Of a DNA stretch of 64,000 bases, positions 1 through 13,900 are shown piece by piece. This DNA comes from Cycas panzhihuaensis (Eukaryota > Plantae > Cycadophyta). Each line of letters starts with the position of its first letter. Position 1 is the first letter of the stretch. The position numbers were made by a program, and so were the translations under genes. The stretch lies in contig CM041465.1 of NCBI GenBank assembly GCA_023213395.1, forward strand, positions 206,529,741 to 206,593,740. Direction: 5' to 3'. The notes under the pieces are model-generated. The model did not search any database. It worked only from the letters and a program-made list of their open reading frames with translations, and had not been told where the DNA came from.

Positions 1-936
1 TCGGGTCCTAAGTAATGTCTCAACCTTTATTTTCCAAATATGATAATTAGTTTCAGTGAGTTTGTCTTATTCAGGGAGACCAAACAATGGAGCAGCCATT
101 TTCTTGAGAAAAATCTTGAAATAGGCTTGGCCAAATGCGGTACATGATTTACATACAAAACCCTAGGTGTACTGATGGAGACAAAGTGTACCTCAAAATA
201 TAGATTTTTTTATTACCTACCCAGATCTGAAGATGGAATTTTGAAAAAAAAAAAAAATCCAAAAAAGAGAAACAGGCTTCGAAAGAAAAACGAGCAGCTA
301 GGGCAGAGATTTGATTTTTGAAAATTCTAATAAAAATACTCAAAAATAATACATGAAATCAGTTCAGAATCCTTAGAATTGATCGTACGGAGGATTTAGG
401 ACCGAAAATACCCAAGTATTTTTGCAAATCAAACAAATTTTTCTGCTTAAACTTTCAAATCTGCGTGAACTGGTTTGAGCTTTGTTTGGCCTAGAAAACA
501 GCTTCAAATGACTTTACTGTAGAAGGGAAAATTGCTTAGTGTACTCTGATCTACCTTCCCACCAAATTTCACTTCAATCTGAGTACTTTAAAAAATTAAC
601 GTCCATACAGTTCCGTACACTAAAGAATTAATGGCCTTTGACAGTGCTGGAACACTTTCCTGCTTGTCCCCTTCTTAGACCCTTAACTAGATTATTTTTG
701 GGAAAATATTTCTCCTTCAAAAGAGCAATTGAGATTAACCTCCTATGATACCATTTTATCTTAGACTGGAAGACAAACAAGTTGAGAGAATAAACTCAAT
801 GTATATTATTGAGAGAGTGTTTCATATAAATACAAGAGGAGGTTAGTAACGGTTAATTTGAGGAGAATAACCAACCTCTAAGATTATGATATGTGTCAGA
901 TATACTAATTACTTGATAAAACATTACCTCCTAACA
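1..936 (-). mobile_element. LTR retrotransposon A: 5' LTR (~757-936), degenerate tRNA-iMet PBS (742-753) and leader; body lies left of the window; inserted into element B
   Basis: cctatgatacca resembles the reverse complement of TGGTATCAGAGC. The adjacent segment ends ...CTAACA at 936, and copia coding sequence of B resumes abruptly at 937. Confidence 0.6.
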
Positions 937-3900
937 TGAACCATACTCCTCTTCCATTACAACTCTCCATCATGGATCATCTTTCATTTCATCATACAAA
1001 TAAGGATCACTAGAGTTATTGGTGTCTACCAGTAGAGTTTGATTGGCATGTTGACTTCTTGTTTTTCTCTCATCAACAAGGGTATGCATCGCCACTCCAT
1101 AATCTTTAATTATCTTCCTTGCTTATAGCAGTATAGAAAGACCCAATGATGGAGGTGCTTCTTCATGTGGCGGCTCCTCACTATTACTCACTTGTCTCGA
1201 CCTTACTTCCTCATGACAACTAGCTCATCATCCTTTTCATTTGACGAATACAGGAATAGAAGTAGTAAGGGGTAAAAATTCTCTTCTGATGATTTTTTAG
1301 CATGATGTATTGATAACTCATTGAATTTTATATCCTAACTAATCATAATTTTTCTCCCCTGCGGATCCCATAGTTTGTAAGCTTTGTTTTGATCACAATA
1401 CCCCATAAAAAGACACTTCAGACTCTTTCGATTCAACTTTTTGCAAGTGCCATTTGGGATGTGTGCATATGCAATGTACCTAATTTTTTTCAAATGGCTA
1501 ATGATAGGTTTATGACTGGTCCATTTTTCTTCAGTAGTCATGCTATGAACTACTTAAGTAGGTACCTAGTTTAGAATATAAACAACAGTTACCATAGCTT
1601 CTACCCAAAACATCAGTGGCAAGCTTCTGGAATGTACTATACACATTTCCATCTCCATCATGGTATGATTCTTTCTTTCTACAATACCATTTTATTGTGG
1701 GGTATATAGGATCGTAAACTCCTATTTTATGCCATGATCCTAACAGAACTAATTAAATGCATGATTGTTATACTACTTGCCATTATCACTCCATAATATC
1801 TTAATCATCTTCTCACTTTCATTATCAACCATTGCTTCCCAGTCAAAAAAGTGATCTAATGCATCTAACTTATTTTTTAGGAAGTATACCCAAACCTTCC
1901 TAGTGTAATCATCCACAAATACTAAGATGTACTAAGCTCCTCATATTGAGGGGTTTGGAAGTGGACCAATTACATTCATATGCACAAGCTCCAATTTCTC
2001 ATTGGCTATCCAGGCATTATCCTGAGCAAAAGGATAATGATGATGCTTCCCATACATGCACCCTTTAAAAACATCATATGAGTATGAAACAAATGGTAAA
2101 CCTTCCACCATCTTCAACCTCTTCAACAATGTGATGCTCCTATAATTAACGTATCCTAGTTGATCATGCCATAACCTACTCGCATCATCTGTGTTGGCAA
2201 TAAAGGCGTAAAATTTCTTATGAGACTAAGAATTTTTAAACACCCAAAAGTTATCTCTAACCTTCCCAGTAGTAATGACAGAAAAATTTTGATTCATATC
2301 CTTATAGAGAAATTTTGCTTCAGATCCTTATTTAGGCATCTATCATAATAAAGCTCCACCTTCATTCTTTGTTTGCAAATTTCTTAGGCTAAAAGCAAAT
2401 TTAATTGCATCTTGGGTACATAATATACCCCTGTAAACTTACCACCTATTAAGGAAACTTTGCCTACACCTTCCATCGTAACACGTGAGCATCTTCAAGG
2501 ATGATTTTTACACCACTATGATTTTTACTCCATGTATCAAAACTATGCTTTTGGAAAGAGATATACTTCTACGTTCCATAGTCTAAAATCTAATAATCTC
2601 TCCAATTTGACTTAGTTGACAAAGTTGATGCTTTAATACAATGTACAATAATACTCTTCCCTTTATCATCCTAGCTTATTTTACATTTGTCACATCTTTT
2701 GAACTAGTAGTTCTTCTCTCTGTGGCCTTTCTTCTTGTAGTAGTTATATTTACCATTGAATTTATTCTTCTCCCGAAAGTCTTCCCCAGATCTATGTGTA
2801 AACTTTTCCTCTTGAACAACCTCTCTCCTGTTTATCTTAATGGCTAAGGCCTAACTTGATTGGAAACCTCCAAGCATTCTATGGTGTTTTAGCTTGGCAT
2901 CCTTCGTTAGAATAAGATTCTTAATGCCATCAAAGGTTTCTACCTCCATAACTTCATTTCTATCATAAATGGTCTAAAAAGCGGCAAAAGTAGTTAGCAA
3001 CTTTGACATGATTATCGCAAATAAGAGTGTATCATCTATTGAATTTAGCTTTAATTCTTCTAGCTTATTCCTTAAATCAAATATCTTATTTAGATAGGAA
3101 CTTATATTGGTCTCATCTTCTAATCTAGAATTGAGAAGCTCCAACATTAGGGCTAGATGTCTATTCGTCTTCTTTTACTTGAAAGTTTCATATAATTTTG
3201 CCCAAATTCTGTCTAATTGCTCTAAGTTATAAACCAAAGCCCTTTGGTTTGGCCCCAATGATAGTTTCAACAATCTTACAACCATAAATTACTTCTCCTC
3301 AAGTCACACACACACTCTTTATGGTCAAGCAAGATCGCATCCACCTTTACCTTAGTAGTTCTCCGGAGTTGATTCATTATCAACACTAACTCCATGTTGG
3401 CCTTCCACTCACTGAAATTCTTTCCATTAAAGATAACTTTTGGTATCACACGCTCTATATCAAAAAACGAATTCTATATATAAGTTAATATCACTAGACT
3501 GATAAACTTAGTCTTCTAAACAAAATTACACCATTGTGGTCTCCTTTGTCTCATGCACACTCATTGGGGAATTCAAAATAATGATTTGCATGCCCTTAAG
3601 CAACTCACCAATTGTTCACCCCTTATCAACAAGCTCAAAAAATATCCTCAAAATGCACAAAAATGTCTTAAAAAGGACTTTGAATGTCTTAGAATATGCT
3701 CTAAAATCGAAGGAATCTTAATCATAGTATAAGTGCACAATCTCCAAGTCAAATCTTCACATCAAATGGCTTTAATATAACCTCTAAATCATATCACAAG
3801 GCTTCAAAATACTTCATAAATAAAAGATACCAAAAATAAATGTTTTAAGGTCCTTTTATAAAGTTATTTTATGTGACAGAATATGCCAAAGGCATATTCT

Positions 3901-5130
3901 TAAAAAAAATACAACTTTTGACTATAGTCACACATCCCTCCACGTGATAAATAACTTAAGGCACATGTCAAAATAATTAATTAAGGTTACTAACAGATCA
4001 AAGCAAATCAAATATATGACTTTTGAAATCCCACAATCATTAAAAATTGATTTATGGAGGTGCAATTGTCACACAACTTGCACTGATCATCCAAGACCCA
4101 ATCTCCTCAACAAATGCCTTCTGGCTAGTAAGGAATATACAACACAGCCCAAAACTTCACACAAGAGTCGTACAAACCAGCCCCAACCAATATTTACTTC
4201 TTATGGCTGTAAACAATGTGACCTTACACTCACAAAATCGTCCACTACTCAGAAATTGACTAAATTACATCACCAACTACTGTTACAACCAACAACGCTA
4301 CCTAGCACATTTGCAAAGAGTAGAAAACCACCAACATAAGCTCTAATCTCACTCATCAGATGAAATATATATGATTTTGATGGTGAATAATTATATTTAT
4401 ATTGATTTCAGTGGTGCTTTGACAAGAACTAGACTGAATTACTTGTATGGTGCTTTGGTTTCCTTCACCATCGTTGAATCACCATCAGAACACACTTCGC
4501 TAGCTTCAATCACTGCTACAAATCACCAACCAATTTTGGATGACTCCCAACGAGCTAACTCACACCATGATCATGGCCTCCACATCTGAATTCTGACGCT
4601 AACTGTGCTTTATCTTTGTTGATAGGTGATTTTCTCCTCCTCAACCACCGTTGATAATAGTGCCTGCTTTTGTAAGTCATTAGAGTAGATGGATCCTTAA
4701 GATGCATCTTAGGTTTGACAACGTCACCTAGCAACCAACGATCTCACCACTTTGCCCAACTTTGACTTCAATTGTATAGAACCCTATGGCTCTAATACCA
4801 TATTAAAGAATATGAATTTATACATACATGTTTATATCCATTGAATCTTTAACCATACATAGCAAGTAAACAAAAATATACACAGAATACAGATGCATAG
4901 TACATAGAATTTATATGGAAAACCTCTTCAAAAAAAACCCACCACAAAAGATCCTTAGATCACATTGATTATATTTGCTTGAATTAAATTGACTATACAA
5001 AGGCTCTAGGATATAAATATCCTTCCAAGAGGTGTCACCCAACAAGAATTGTGACCCTCTAAATATCTTGCACCATTTTGTTAATCACGATTAGTTAAAC
5101 CACACATTAACATTAATTAGTGACTTAACA
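937..5130 (-). mobile_element. Degenerate Ty1/copia element B: 5' LTR 4801-5130, PBS 4789-4800, gag (~2800-3450), protease, integrase (~1300-2200); interrupted by A just before RT
   Basis: PBS gctctaatacca. Integrase motifs CMYGKHH..LELVH and HIP..KKL..KSLKCLFMGY..KAYKLWDP; gag FNGKNFSEWKANME. Many stops and frameshifts. Confidence 0.88.
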
Positions 5131-8100
5131 AATAGCTGCCACGTTAACAAAATGGAAGATTAATATGGAACTTGTCTTAATGATGAATTAATTATGGAAA
5201 ATTATAAAAAAAAAGGCTTCTATTATTCCTACAGATGATAAGGAGAAAGAGAAATTAAAGGAGAAGCAATTCACTGCCATAGGGTTGCTAAAGTTGTTAT
5301 TAGCTCCAAGTCAGAAGGCACTTGTACACAACCTTGAGATGTTATATGAAATCTAAGAAAAATTAAATAAGGCATTTGAACAAAAGAAATCAAATCGTCA
5401 AGTTGCGTTGATGATAGTGTTGTTGAATACTAATGTCGAAGATGAAAATGACATAAGTATCCACCTGAATAAAATAACATATTTGAAAAACATGTTGGAA
5501 GAGATTACGCGTAGTTCAGTTGATAAAGAGTTTTTATTTGCAATAATTATATCAAAACTATCCTTTAATACCTTTCAAACTATCTATGCCAGAGATGAGG
5601 TTATAGAAGGTAAAACATTTGAAATGTTGAAAAATCTCATCCTAGTCAAAGATGCCAACCTAAAACACCATGGCATACTCAAAGGTTCAAAATCCAATCA
5701 AGCCTTAGTCATGAAGACACAAAGAAAAGATAGTGATCAAGAGAGAAAAAATTTATTAAATGCCAAAGAAATATCTCAAGAAAAGAAGAAAAAGAAAATT
5801 ATAAAAAAGAGTAATTACTGCAAGAGAGAATGCCATAAGGAAAAAAATTATTGGTTCAAAAGGAGAGACTAACAGAAAGCAAGCCAAGATAATAAAAAAA
5901 AGATAATTGTTGCTCATTACGTAGAGGTCTTAATCTCACCTACTGTGTCAATTAAACAAAGAACTTATGGATCATTGAATCTTGTGCGTAAAGGCATATC
6001 TCTTTCTATAAGAAGAATTTTACAACATGGGATTCTACAACCAATGACGAAAAAATCATTCTTGGAGATGTAAGGTCTATTCCTGTAAAAAGCATTGGAA
6101 GAGTCTTAGTTGTAGGTGGTTACTTTGATAAAGTGTATTATGCACTTGATATATTTAAAAATCTCAGATCTGTTCGAGAAATCTACAAACAAAATATGAA
6201 GATTGATCTTTATAAAGATATATGCTTAATTAAGGATCCAAAGCAAAATTATTCTATCATCACTACTGGGAAGGTTAAATATAACTTTTGAATATTTAAA
6301 AAGTTTAAAAAATAGAACAAATCATATGCCGTTATTGCTAGCGTGGATGATACAAGTAAGTTCTAGTATGAACATTTGGGTCACCTTAACTTCAAAAGTA
6401 TATCACTGATAAATAAATTAAATATGATGAAAGGTCTACCAAAAGTTTTATATTCAGTCAGTATTTGTGAAGGGTGTATGTATGGAAAGTATCACAAATA
6501 TTTTTTTGTTTAAGATTGTGCCTAAAGAACCAAGGAGAGGTTAGAGTTAGTACAACCAGATGTGATGAGGCTATTATCCAACCATTCAATCTCAGAAGCT
6601 CGATATACATTGGTGTTTGTAGATGATTATGCTAGGAAAGCCTAGGTATATTTTTTAAAGAATAAGTTTGAAGTGTTCAATCACTTTCGTGAATGGAAAT
6701 TACAAATCAAAAATGAAAGTAATAAAAAGATAAGAAGTTTGAGGAGTCATAATGGCAAGGAATACCACAATAATGCTCTAATCAATTTTGGTATAAAGTG
6801 GAAATTTACAATCTTGTATAACCCACAACAAAACAATGTCATTGAAAAAAAGAATTGGACTATGATAGAGATAACAAGATGTATGGTGCTCGCAAAAAAC
6901 TTGCAATTGTTATTTTAGGCATAAGCTGTTAAAATTGCAAGTATATTTTGAACCAGGTACTGACTCTGACAGTTTATGGCATAACCCCTGAAGAAAAATG
7001 GACTGGTCAAAAGTCTATTATTAATCATTTAACAATTTTTGGATGTAGAGTACATGCACATATCCCAGGCGAAAAACGAAAAAAATGGAATCACAAGAGT
7101 AAGAAGTGTATCCTTATGGGGTATAGTGATACAAGCAAAGTTTACAGACTATGGGATCTAGTAAAAAAGAAACTTCTTATTAGTCAGGATATAAAGTTTG
7201 TAGAATCATTGACATATCATGTTGAGCAAGCGTCATTTGAATAAGTCTTTTATCTACTATTACTACCATTTTCGTTAGATTCAATTCCACAACAGATAAT
7301 TTTTGTGAATGTGGACCCAATTCAACTAGCTCAAGAACCTGTTGTACAAAGGGAAGATGCACCGAGTAATACAAATAATAAAGAGTCGTCACAAGAAAAG
7401 GTACGTGAAACACCAGATGTCCCAATGTCTATATGGGCTAAAAAGATTATTGAAGAGTTAGGTGTAATGTTGTCAGATCTAACAAAAAGAAGAAAGACAA
7501 GGATTTAGCATGCCAATCAAGCTCTAATGGTTACACCATAGACTCCCATAACCCTGAGTCTTATGTTGAGGCGAAGGAGAATCCTAAGTGGAAAGTTGTA
7601 ATGAAAGAAAGAATATAGTTCTCTTATGAAGAACAAAACATAGGATTTGATCCCATTACCTCCAAAGAAAAATCCTATTGGAAGTAGGTATACAAGACAA
7701 AGTTTCACTCTAACAGTGAGGTAGAAAAACACAAAGCTTGACTTATTGCACAGGGATTCAGATAAAAGGAAAGAATTGATTATGAAGAGATATTTGCACA
7801 AGTTTCAAAGATGACAATGGTTTGATTAATCCTTTCATTTGCAACTAGATATGGATGGGAGCTATATTAGATGGATGTAAAGTTTGCATTTCTTAATAGA
7901 GAATTAAATGAGAAATTTTATATGATACAACCTCTTGAATTCGTTAAGAAATGACAAGAAGAGTTTGTGTAGCGATTAAAGAAATCACTCTATAGTCTAC
8001 AGCAAGTACCCTAGACCAAGCGCCAACAGCGTGGTATGCAAAGATTGATGAAAAGTTAAAGAAAAAAGGATTCATAACTACAGATTTAGAGCCTAATCTA

Positions 8101-9505
8101 TATATCAAGAGGATTGCAGATATAATTGTGGTAATTGTGATGTACATTGATGATTTCATCTTGACAAGTGCTTGGCATAAAGCGATTATGGATGTTAAAT
8201 CCAACCTACAAAAGATCTTTAATATGATAGATCTAGGTATATTGAATTACTTATTGGACATCAAAGTACAATAAATGGAGGATTGCATCATGGTGTCACA
8301 AATGAAGTACATAAAGAACTCACTTGTGAAATCTAGAATGGAAGACTCCAAACCTGTTTCTACACCATGTGCTAAGGGTACAAAACTCACTAAAGATATG
8401 GATAAGCCTACTGTAGATACAACATTGTACAAATAATTAGTAAGAAGTCTCATCCATCTGACTCATACTAAGCTAAATATTGTTTATGCTATCAGACTAG
8501 TCTCCCATTATATGTAGAATCTTTAAGAACCACATTGGATTGCAGTAAAGAAGATTCTAAGATATTCGAAGGGAACTCTTAATCTTGGTCCAAAATGCTT
8601 TCATGAGGAAGATGTAAAGTTGCATGGCTACAGTGATGCAAATTGGGGATGAGGCTATCATAATCGAAAATCTGCTACTAAATGTGTTTGGTATTAACAA
8701 TGAATTTGTATCATGACAATAAAAAAAATAGCAAACAATGGCTCTATTTTGTACAGAGATAAAATATTAAGGGCTTATTGTTAATGTCAAAGACGTTGTA
8801 TGGTTATAAGGACTCTCGAATATCCTCGGTATATCTTGTAGCACCCTGATTATTTTATTTGATAACTAGAGCACTATTTACTTAAAAAAGAATATAGAGT
8901 TTTATGCACATACAAAGCATATTGAAATCAAATACCACTACATACATGATCACATCAAAGTAGAGAAATTGCAAGTCAAATATTGTCTGAGTGAGAAATA
9001 ACTTACAAATGTATTTACCAAACCACTTGTTAAAGATTAATTCACTAAAATTAATACCAAATTAAGACTTAGAAAAAATATCCTTGAGGGGGGATGTATC
9101 ATCAAGAATAATTCTAATCTTCAACAGTGATAATTTCAAATTACAAATCAAATCTCCACATTTATATTAAGAGGGGATGTTAGTATGGCAATTAATACTA
9201 AAACCACTTAATTAAATTTAAATGTGGTTTAGTTATTGTTAAACCAAAAGATATGAACATTTCATAGGGTCACAACCAATAGGATTGGACGCATTGTTTG
9301 GGAGATTATAAATAACCTTAAAGTCCATTGTAAAATTATCTAACAATTATCAATATGACCCAATGATCTTTTGTGGTGGATTTTTTACCGAAAGATTTTT
9401 TCATGTAAATATTATATAGTGTATCTGTGCTCTTTATGATTTGCTTGATGTGTATGATCAAGATCCTGTAATTCAAAATACATGCATGTTTCATGTTTCT
9501 TCACA
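5131..9505 (+). mobile_element. Degenerate Ty1/copia element C (same family as B): gag-PR-IN-RT-RNaseH, PPT 9169-9177, 3' LTR 9178-9505
   Basis: Gag and Zn-knuckle remnant 5408-5872; integrase 6673-7244 (YNPQQN, KSKKCILMGY); RT xMDVKxAFLN (~7870) and YIDDF (~8143); RNaseH TKHIEIKYHYI. LTR TGTTAG...TCACA shares blocks (AGGGTCACAA, GATCTTTTGTGGTGG) with the reverse complement of the B LTR. Confidence 0.92.
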
Positions 9506-9538
9506 AGTATGTATCTGTAAATAGAAAAAAGTCACAAA

Positions 9539-9960
9539 TGTTACATTGAATTTTATAAATCCCACCTCCTCCCTTAGTCTTCAACTGAACAATTGAAATG
9601 CTTTGCAATAAGCTAACAAGATGATTGACAAAAATAATAGTAAAAATGACATAAATAAATCTAATAAATAATTAAAATAGTCATAGCAACAATGAAATAA
9701 TATAGATGAATAGTTAAGGAACAAAGAACATATATGCACTACAACATCCAAAAATGAAATCAATCAATTATTAAGAGAAATAAAATCACCATGTCATTCC
9801 ATAAGGGCCCACTTCATTTATATAGACCTTATTATTAGAACCAACTTTAATAAGATGCTAATGAAAGAACTCAACTTTGTTATTTCATCACTTAGACTTG
9901 TTACAATTCCTCCTTTCTTAAGATACTACGTCATCGAAGTATTTTATTTTGCCATACCTA
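9539..9960 (-). mobile_element. 3' LTR (9539-9905) and PPT (9906-9919) of a gypsy-like element
   Basis: On minus, AAGAAAGGAGGAAT is immediately followed by TGTAAC and the segment ends ...TGTAACA. The internal part is not recognisable. Confidence 0.5.
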
Positions 9961-10890
9961 TGATAAAGGTAGCTCTTCAAAATGATTGAACCCATTGATC
10001 TTTATGATTTTCATTTGGATCCATGCTAGTATTCCCCTCTTTGAAATACTTCACCTATGAAGTATAAAAGAGGTAACACATCTTCAATCCACCACCTGCT
10101 AAAACCAAGATATCATTAAAACTTGATCCACCTTTATGTTGTCTTCTGAAAACAACCTACATGTATCATCTTTCTACTTATGATGATGCATTTTCCAAAA
10201 TGGTTATTGTATAGAATTTTATGTGTAGAAAATCCCAACACCTATGTGTTGTAAACTTAACTTACTCGAAGTCTTGTATATTACTTCGATATTACATCTA
10301 GAGGGAGTTGAAAAAGAGAAATAGGTTGATGATGGGGAGAGAAAACTTGTGTAAGCAAGGGCCAGAAAACCAAAAAATATAATTAAGATCTCAAAGGTGT
10401 AGGTGTTTTAAACGAAAATATCTAAAAGAGTTGAATAGGATTATATTAGTTGGCATGGTAGGAATCTTGTATAAACAAGATTTAGAGAAGAATGTAATAG
10501 AAGGATATGTCAAAGGTGGAAATGGAATGTGAAAGTTTGTAAAGAGACAATGGAGTGATGAAGAAGATAAGCTTAGGAAAGAGACTTGGAGGTAAGAACT
10601 ATGGAGGGCTTAATAAAAGATAAGAAACAAGAGGGTATATAGGAAGCAAGGTTTGAATGGAACGTGTCATAGAGAGGGGAGGCAATGATTAAGAGTAAAG
10701 GTGATGAGGTAATTCCTATAGGGGATCAAGCAATAAAGGATACAAGTGTTTAGCAATAAAAGAATGAAAGGTAAAGCATAGTGAATATGATATGTACAAT
10801 ATAGACAAAATTTAATTGTAAGAGCAATGTGGAGGATTTGTGGGGGAATAGTGGATGAAAGGTGGAGAGAGCACTAAGTATTTTATGTAG

Positions 10891-10891
<1 letters not shown>

Positions 10892-10942
<51 letters not shown>
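10892..10942. repeat. Compound microsatellite (TG)18(AG)7
   Basis: Directly visible; lies inside a purine-skewed tract of about 1.4 kb. Confidence 0.95.
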
Positions 10943-13900
10943 TGTAGGAGACGAATATGGAAGTGAGGGTGTGAAGAGAGTAAAAATAGTATAAGATACA
11001 AACAAGATTAGATAAATGACAAATGTAAGGAGACAATGGAGGAAAAATAGAGAATGAAGAATCAGTGATATGATGAGAGTTCTACATGGACACACAATGG
11101 AGAGAGAGATCCCAGAGGCAAAAAGGAAGAAGGATAATGATGAATTATGTTAGAAGCAAAACTAGGGAGTGCAATTTACAAATGATTGATAAGAAGATAA
11201 TAAATGTGAAATGGGAGAATCAATGAACAACTTACAGGAATAAGTGGCAAGGGCAAACAAAAGAGATGGATGGAAATTGAGAATGATGGTGTAAGTGGTG
11301 AAAGGTAAGTGAGATGGAGTTTATGAGCAAGCTTAGGGAATAACATATATAAGAGATTTAAAATATTCTTTCTGGGAATAGAGTTTTGACAAAGGCATAT
11401 GGGAGAGATGTAGGGCAATGCATAGGGATGAGTGAGAGGTGTGATGGATGGTAAGTATGTTGCTTATGCAATAGTTTTCAAGGTGGAGAGTGAAAAAAAA
11501 AAGGCAACCTTATTCTAACGAGCGGAGAGTACATTAATTGAGCTAGGCAATAAGGTCAATGGGGATCTAAAAAGAATAAAGGGGGCATTATGATAAGAAA
11601 GATGTATTTTTTCATTTCATGACTTTTTTAGGTATGAATCATGGTAAGGGGAGGGCAATAAATGGATGAAAACTATACCTATGAAAAAGTTAGAATTGAA
11701 GGGGCTTAAATTTTGAATTAACCATAAACTCTTGCTTAGGGGGAGTCTGGGATTCTTTAGAGCCATGTGGCATGAAAATTAAAGAGGAAGTATAAAACTA
11801 CCAAAAAAAAATGAACAAATGCAAAACAAATATGAACTCATAACAATTACCTCATTCAAGTTGTCATGTTACTCTGATTTTATAGCTAATTCATCATTAC
11901 ACTGCTCTAATATAGATTCTACCTAACTCAATTTATGCACATCACTCGATTCCTCTTCAAATTGCTTACAAGTGGACTCTTCCCTTTAGACATCTTATTA
12001 TTGTATGTGTTGTGCTTCTTTTGTTTCCAATTGATTTGCTTCCTCGAAGCATCTTAACAATAATGACTTTGCTTCTCATGCAAGAGCTAACATGTAAAAA
12101 TGTAATATTGGTTTTTGCAATTTCTTCTTTCATCCTCTTTTAACTCATTTTCATTCTTTGGTTCTTGATCTCCTTTGTAAAGTGATTGCTTATTATAGTA
12201 GTATTTTAGTATATGGGTTTTGGTTCTCCATAACTATTAAGCATGATTTTGACTTCCAAAATTCAAAATAAAACTTGGAGTAGAACTCTAAGAGACTCAC
12301 CATTGTTGATTAGATGCAATCTCAACCAAAAACAAATGATACCCTTGCCTCTTCCATATGCAACAATAAACAAATCTTCTATAGTAACTTCAAGTATCAA
12401 TCCTCAAATATTTTGAACCCTAGAGTGTCCTTGAATAATTTTCTCCCAAAAATCAAGATGGAGGGAAAAAATAGTAGGCAAATTATAATAGATTATAACC
12501 CAAACATTCTAGTACATGGATAGCAAGTCCCAGTTGATTGCAAATGAGATAAACTACTAATTTCACAATTTAGCCCTAACTAGAAAATGAAAAGAGCAAT
12601 GAGAGAGATTTTAAAAGAATTAGCAACATAAAATTTGAACCTATGTCCAAAATGTATCGAGTAGATATTATTTTCAAGAATGGTTTCTATTCAAATGCTT
12701 TTCAATAGTGACTTGGATCTACTAATGGAAGCCTACTCTCAAGACAAGCATAATAATGAGTTTTTCATAAGAAAGATGCCCTTCTCCTATCACAATCCAA
12801 ACTCTTTCCAAAGATGTTGCTTCATCATTTACCTCTGGTTAAACACCATGTCATGTGGTTGGAGATGAAGGTTTGCAAAAACACATGTTGATAGCACACT
12901 TTGCTAAACTACCAATAAAACTTTATTCCCGCTAAGATTTCTTTGAGATTTTGGTCTCTATTGATCATGGTCAATGCATCCCTCGTAATGGCTAACGACA
13001 TGACTTGTATATAAGCCACTTCAACTCCAATTTGAGAATTGTCCCCTATTGCCAGTCACTCTACTTCTATTCCAAGGAAAGAGACAGACAATGATCAACA
13101 TGCAATGAACACAAAAGCTTTGGAAAATGCTTTGAAAACACTCACTCTATGAAAAGCATAGATGTAATGAAGAGCACAGCCATAACAATGCTACCCTGTA
13201 ATACCCAAAGAAGCCAGACACTACAAAGAACAGAAGGTTCCAATGAAACATGATAACAGGAAATCCTACAAGCAAATCTCTCAGGTTCTCAATCAGCAAA
13301 GGGGAAAAAAATAAACATGTAGGGCAAAAGAATTGTCACTGATCGATTACAGAGGGATGAGATACATAGCTGAGAGCAGAAATCCATGATTTCAGATGCC
13401 TGTAATAGTAACAAGCTGGACAATTAATAGACGGGTCACTTCAACAGATGGGTAAAAGATTGCAAAATATATTTAGGCAGAGAGATTCCAAATACATCTA
13501 AAAAATAGACATTCTACAAAGAAAAAATATGAGATTAAAATAATTTAAGATTGAAATTGGTTGGGATTAGGAGTGATCTGTTAATCCTCGCAACTTTGGA
13601 ACATCCCACACCACAACAACTGATCTCAGCCTTTCAAATGTGATAGAATAATGGAAGGTCCCTACAATGACAGTATTTCAAATTGACTTTGAAATTGTTA
13701 GCAGAGCATTCCATTTCCTTCTTGAAATCATGTAGTTTCGCTACCATATCCCAAATGATGGTGAGTTCTAGACTGTAATTTTTTTACCTACTTGTTGATG
13801 TTCATCCTGGGATAGCTTGAGGTTTGAATTGCTTCTGGCTCTAGGAAGCCTTCCCATGCTTTACATTTTCATCTTTCCACCTGCACACCCCATGAGATAT

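Noticed and set aside
9086-9100. GAGGGGGGATGT as the PPT/LTR start of element C
   Set aside because: Homology to B's LTR and the matching length both start at 9178, after the second purine tract.
10750-11095. His-Thr repeat ORFs (also 23189-23446 and 32919-33278)
   Set aside because: They are translations of microsatellites or low-complexity DNA.
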